Source of the DNA: Marsupella aquatica
Lineage: Eukaryota > Plantae > Marchantiophyta
DNA: 64,000 nucleotides
Reading direction: 5' to 3'
Assembly: GCA_973895155.1 (NCBI GenBank)
Contig: OZ316895.1
Span: 17,811,437-17,875,436, forward strand
Below, in pieces: positions 62,917 through 64,000 of this stretch; position 1 is the stretch's first letter, and every line of letters begins with the position of its first letter. Position numbers and translations under genes: made by a program. The notes beneath the pieces were generated by a model. The model did not search any database. It had not been told where the DNA came from and saw only the letters and a program-made list of their open reading frames with translations.

Positions 62917-63264
62917 TGTTGAGCATAGACGACATTCACAACTGCAAGCCCATGAACCATCCAACGTACAAGAGTTGACATAGAGAGATATGTGGTTCAC
63001 CTCCACATGAGGCTACATCCACGGGAACACACAAGAGCTTTACTGCACTCTAGGCCGACCGGCCATACCAAGCATCCACAGCATAAGTTCTCCCTATCTC
63101 TCAACTAGCTCCGTAACAATGAGCCTTACTCCCACCAGGGGCTGCCACCAGCCCTGGCAATAATTATACACAACAACACTACCGCTAACTTAGCTAAGTC
63201 CTTACCCAAGTTAGCCTAACTGTGGTTAGCTCATGAGTCACAAGACTAAGAGCAATACCTAACA
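62917..63264 (-). repeat. Copia 5' LTR (348 bp)
   Basis: TGTTGAGC...CCTAACA, followed by TSD CTACC. Confidence 0.93.
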
Positions 63265-64000
63265 CTACCAACTCCAAGACAGTCTCCAGTACTACGGAGC
63301 ATCCGAATACAATGAGGCTCATGTATTCACAATTTTCAAAGAAATTTCAAAAGTAATTGAAGCAAAGAAACAAAGACTGACCTTGAGGGGGTAGCGTTCC
63401 TCGACCTCTCCATAGGCATCAAGAATATTTTGGAGGCTTGAAAGCAAGTGACACTGTTGTGAAAAGTTGAGTCCTTGTCATGGACATCCTGAATAGGATT
63501 GTCAATGGGATCCTCAACAAGATGGTCAATAGGATCATGAACAGGATGCTCAATAAGATGGTCAACATCCTCAACATGAGAAGGATCCTGATGATCACTA
63601 TCTTCATCATCTTGAACTGAGAAGAAACCTGAATTGGATCTTGTACAAGAGGCGGGTCCTCAACTGAAGTATTGTGGACAGGTTCAGATACAATGTTTGG
63701 CTCATCTGGTTGTTTATCAACATCATTTAGCAACAGACCCCACTTCTCAGGCCTAGGCTCATAATCGCTACCGTCAAACGTGTCCTCCCACTCTTCATTT
63801 AGTCCAGCCTACACATGGTTGGGACAAGATGAGAATGAAATGTACAAACAACAAGCAAAGATTGCAAGAAGTAAAATAAAAAGGTCACACCTCTATTTGT
63901 GCAGCTTCAATGGTCATGCCCCGACCTTTGTATTCCTGCAACAAATTGTTAATGGCTGTGGCTATGCTGATAGGCTTTTGCTCTTCTTTCCACTCCTTGT

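Larger units (their letters stand above)
56083..63264 (-). mobile_element. Ty1/copia LTR retrotransposon (Tnt1/Tork-like), defective
   Basis: LTRs at 56083-56764 and 62917-63264; TSD CTACC (56078-56082 and 63265-63269); PBS TGGTATCAGAGC; PPT AGGGGGAGTT; domain order gag-PR-INT-RT-RH. Confidence 0.95.

Overview
Eukaryotic, intron-containing plant DNA, probably from a non-seed land plant (inferred from the transposon families; the species cannot be determined). Only two clear host genes are present, arranged convergently: a plastid uroporphyrinogen-III C-methyltransferase (UPM1/SUMT, 20732-23493, +) and an oxysterol-binding-protein-related gene (24541-26823, -). Most of the rest is nested transposons. 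(1) A minus-strand non-chromoviral Ty3/gypsy element (<1-19539) has ~4 kb LTRs that each contain a long ORF with an upstream TATA box. (2) A 7 kb non-autonomous Gag-only LTR element (1027-7990, TSD TCCTC) is inserted into the 3' LTR of that element. (3) A decayed MuDR-type Mutator element starts at about 36970. (4) An 11.3 kb Mutator-like element (40577-51858, 9-bp TSD CCCAAAATG) is inserted in its transposase gene. It carries a GCM-like/DDE/SWIM transposase, a divergent ParB-like plus N4/N6-DNA-methyltransferase-like gene, and about 18 copies of the palindrome AGCGCC-N-GGCGCT confined to non-coding DNA. (5) A Ty1/copia element (56083-63264, TSD CTACC) has an inverted solo LTR of a related family inside its own 3' LTR. 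Element (4) is the most interesting candidate system: a transposon-borne putative DNA-binding/DNA-modifying protein with cognate-looking sites. This copy is pseudogenised by C>T/G>A changes. All domain calls come from motif recognition by eye, not from database searches.
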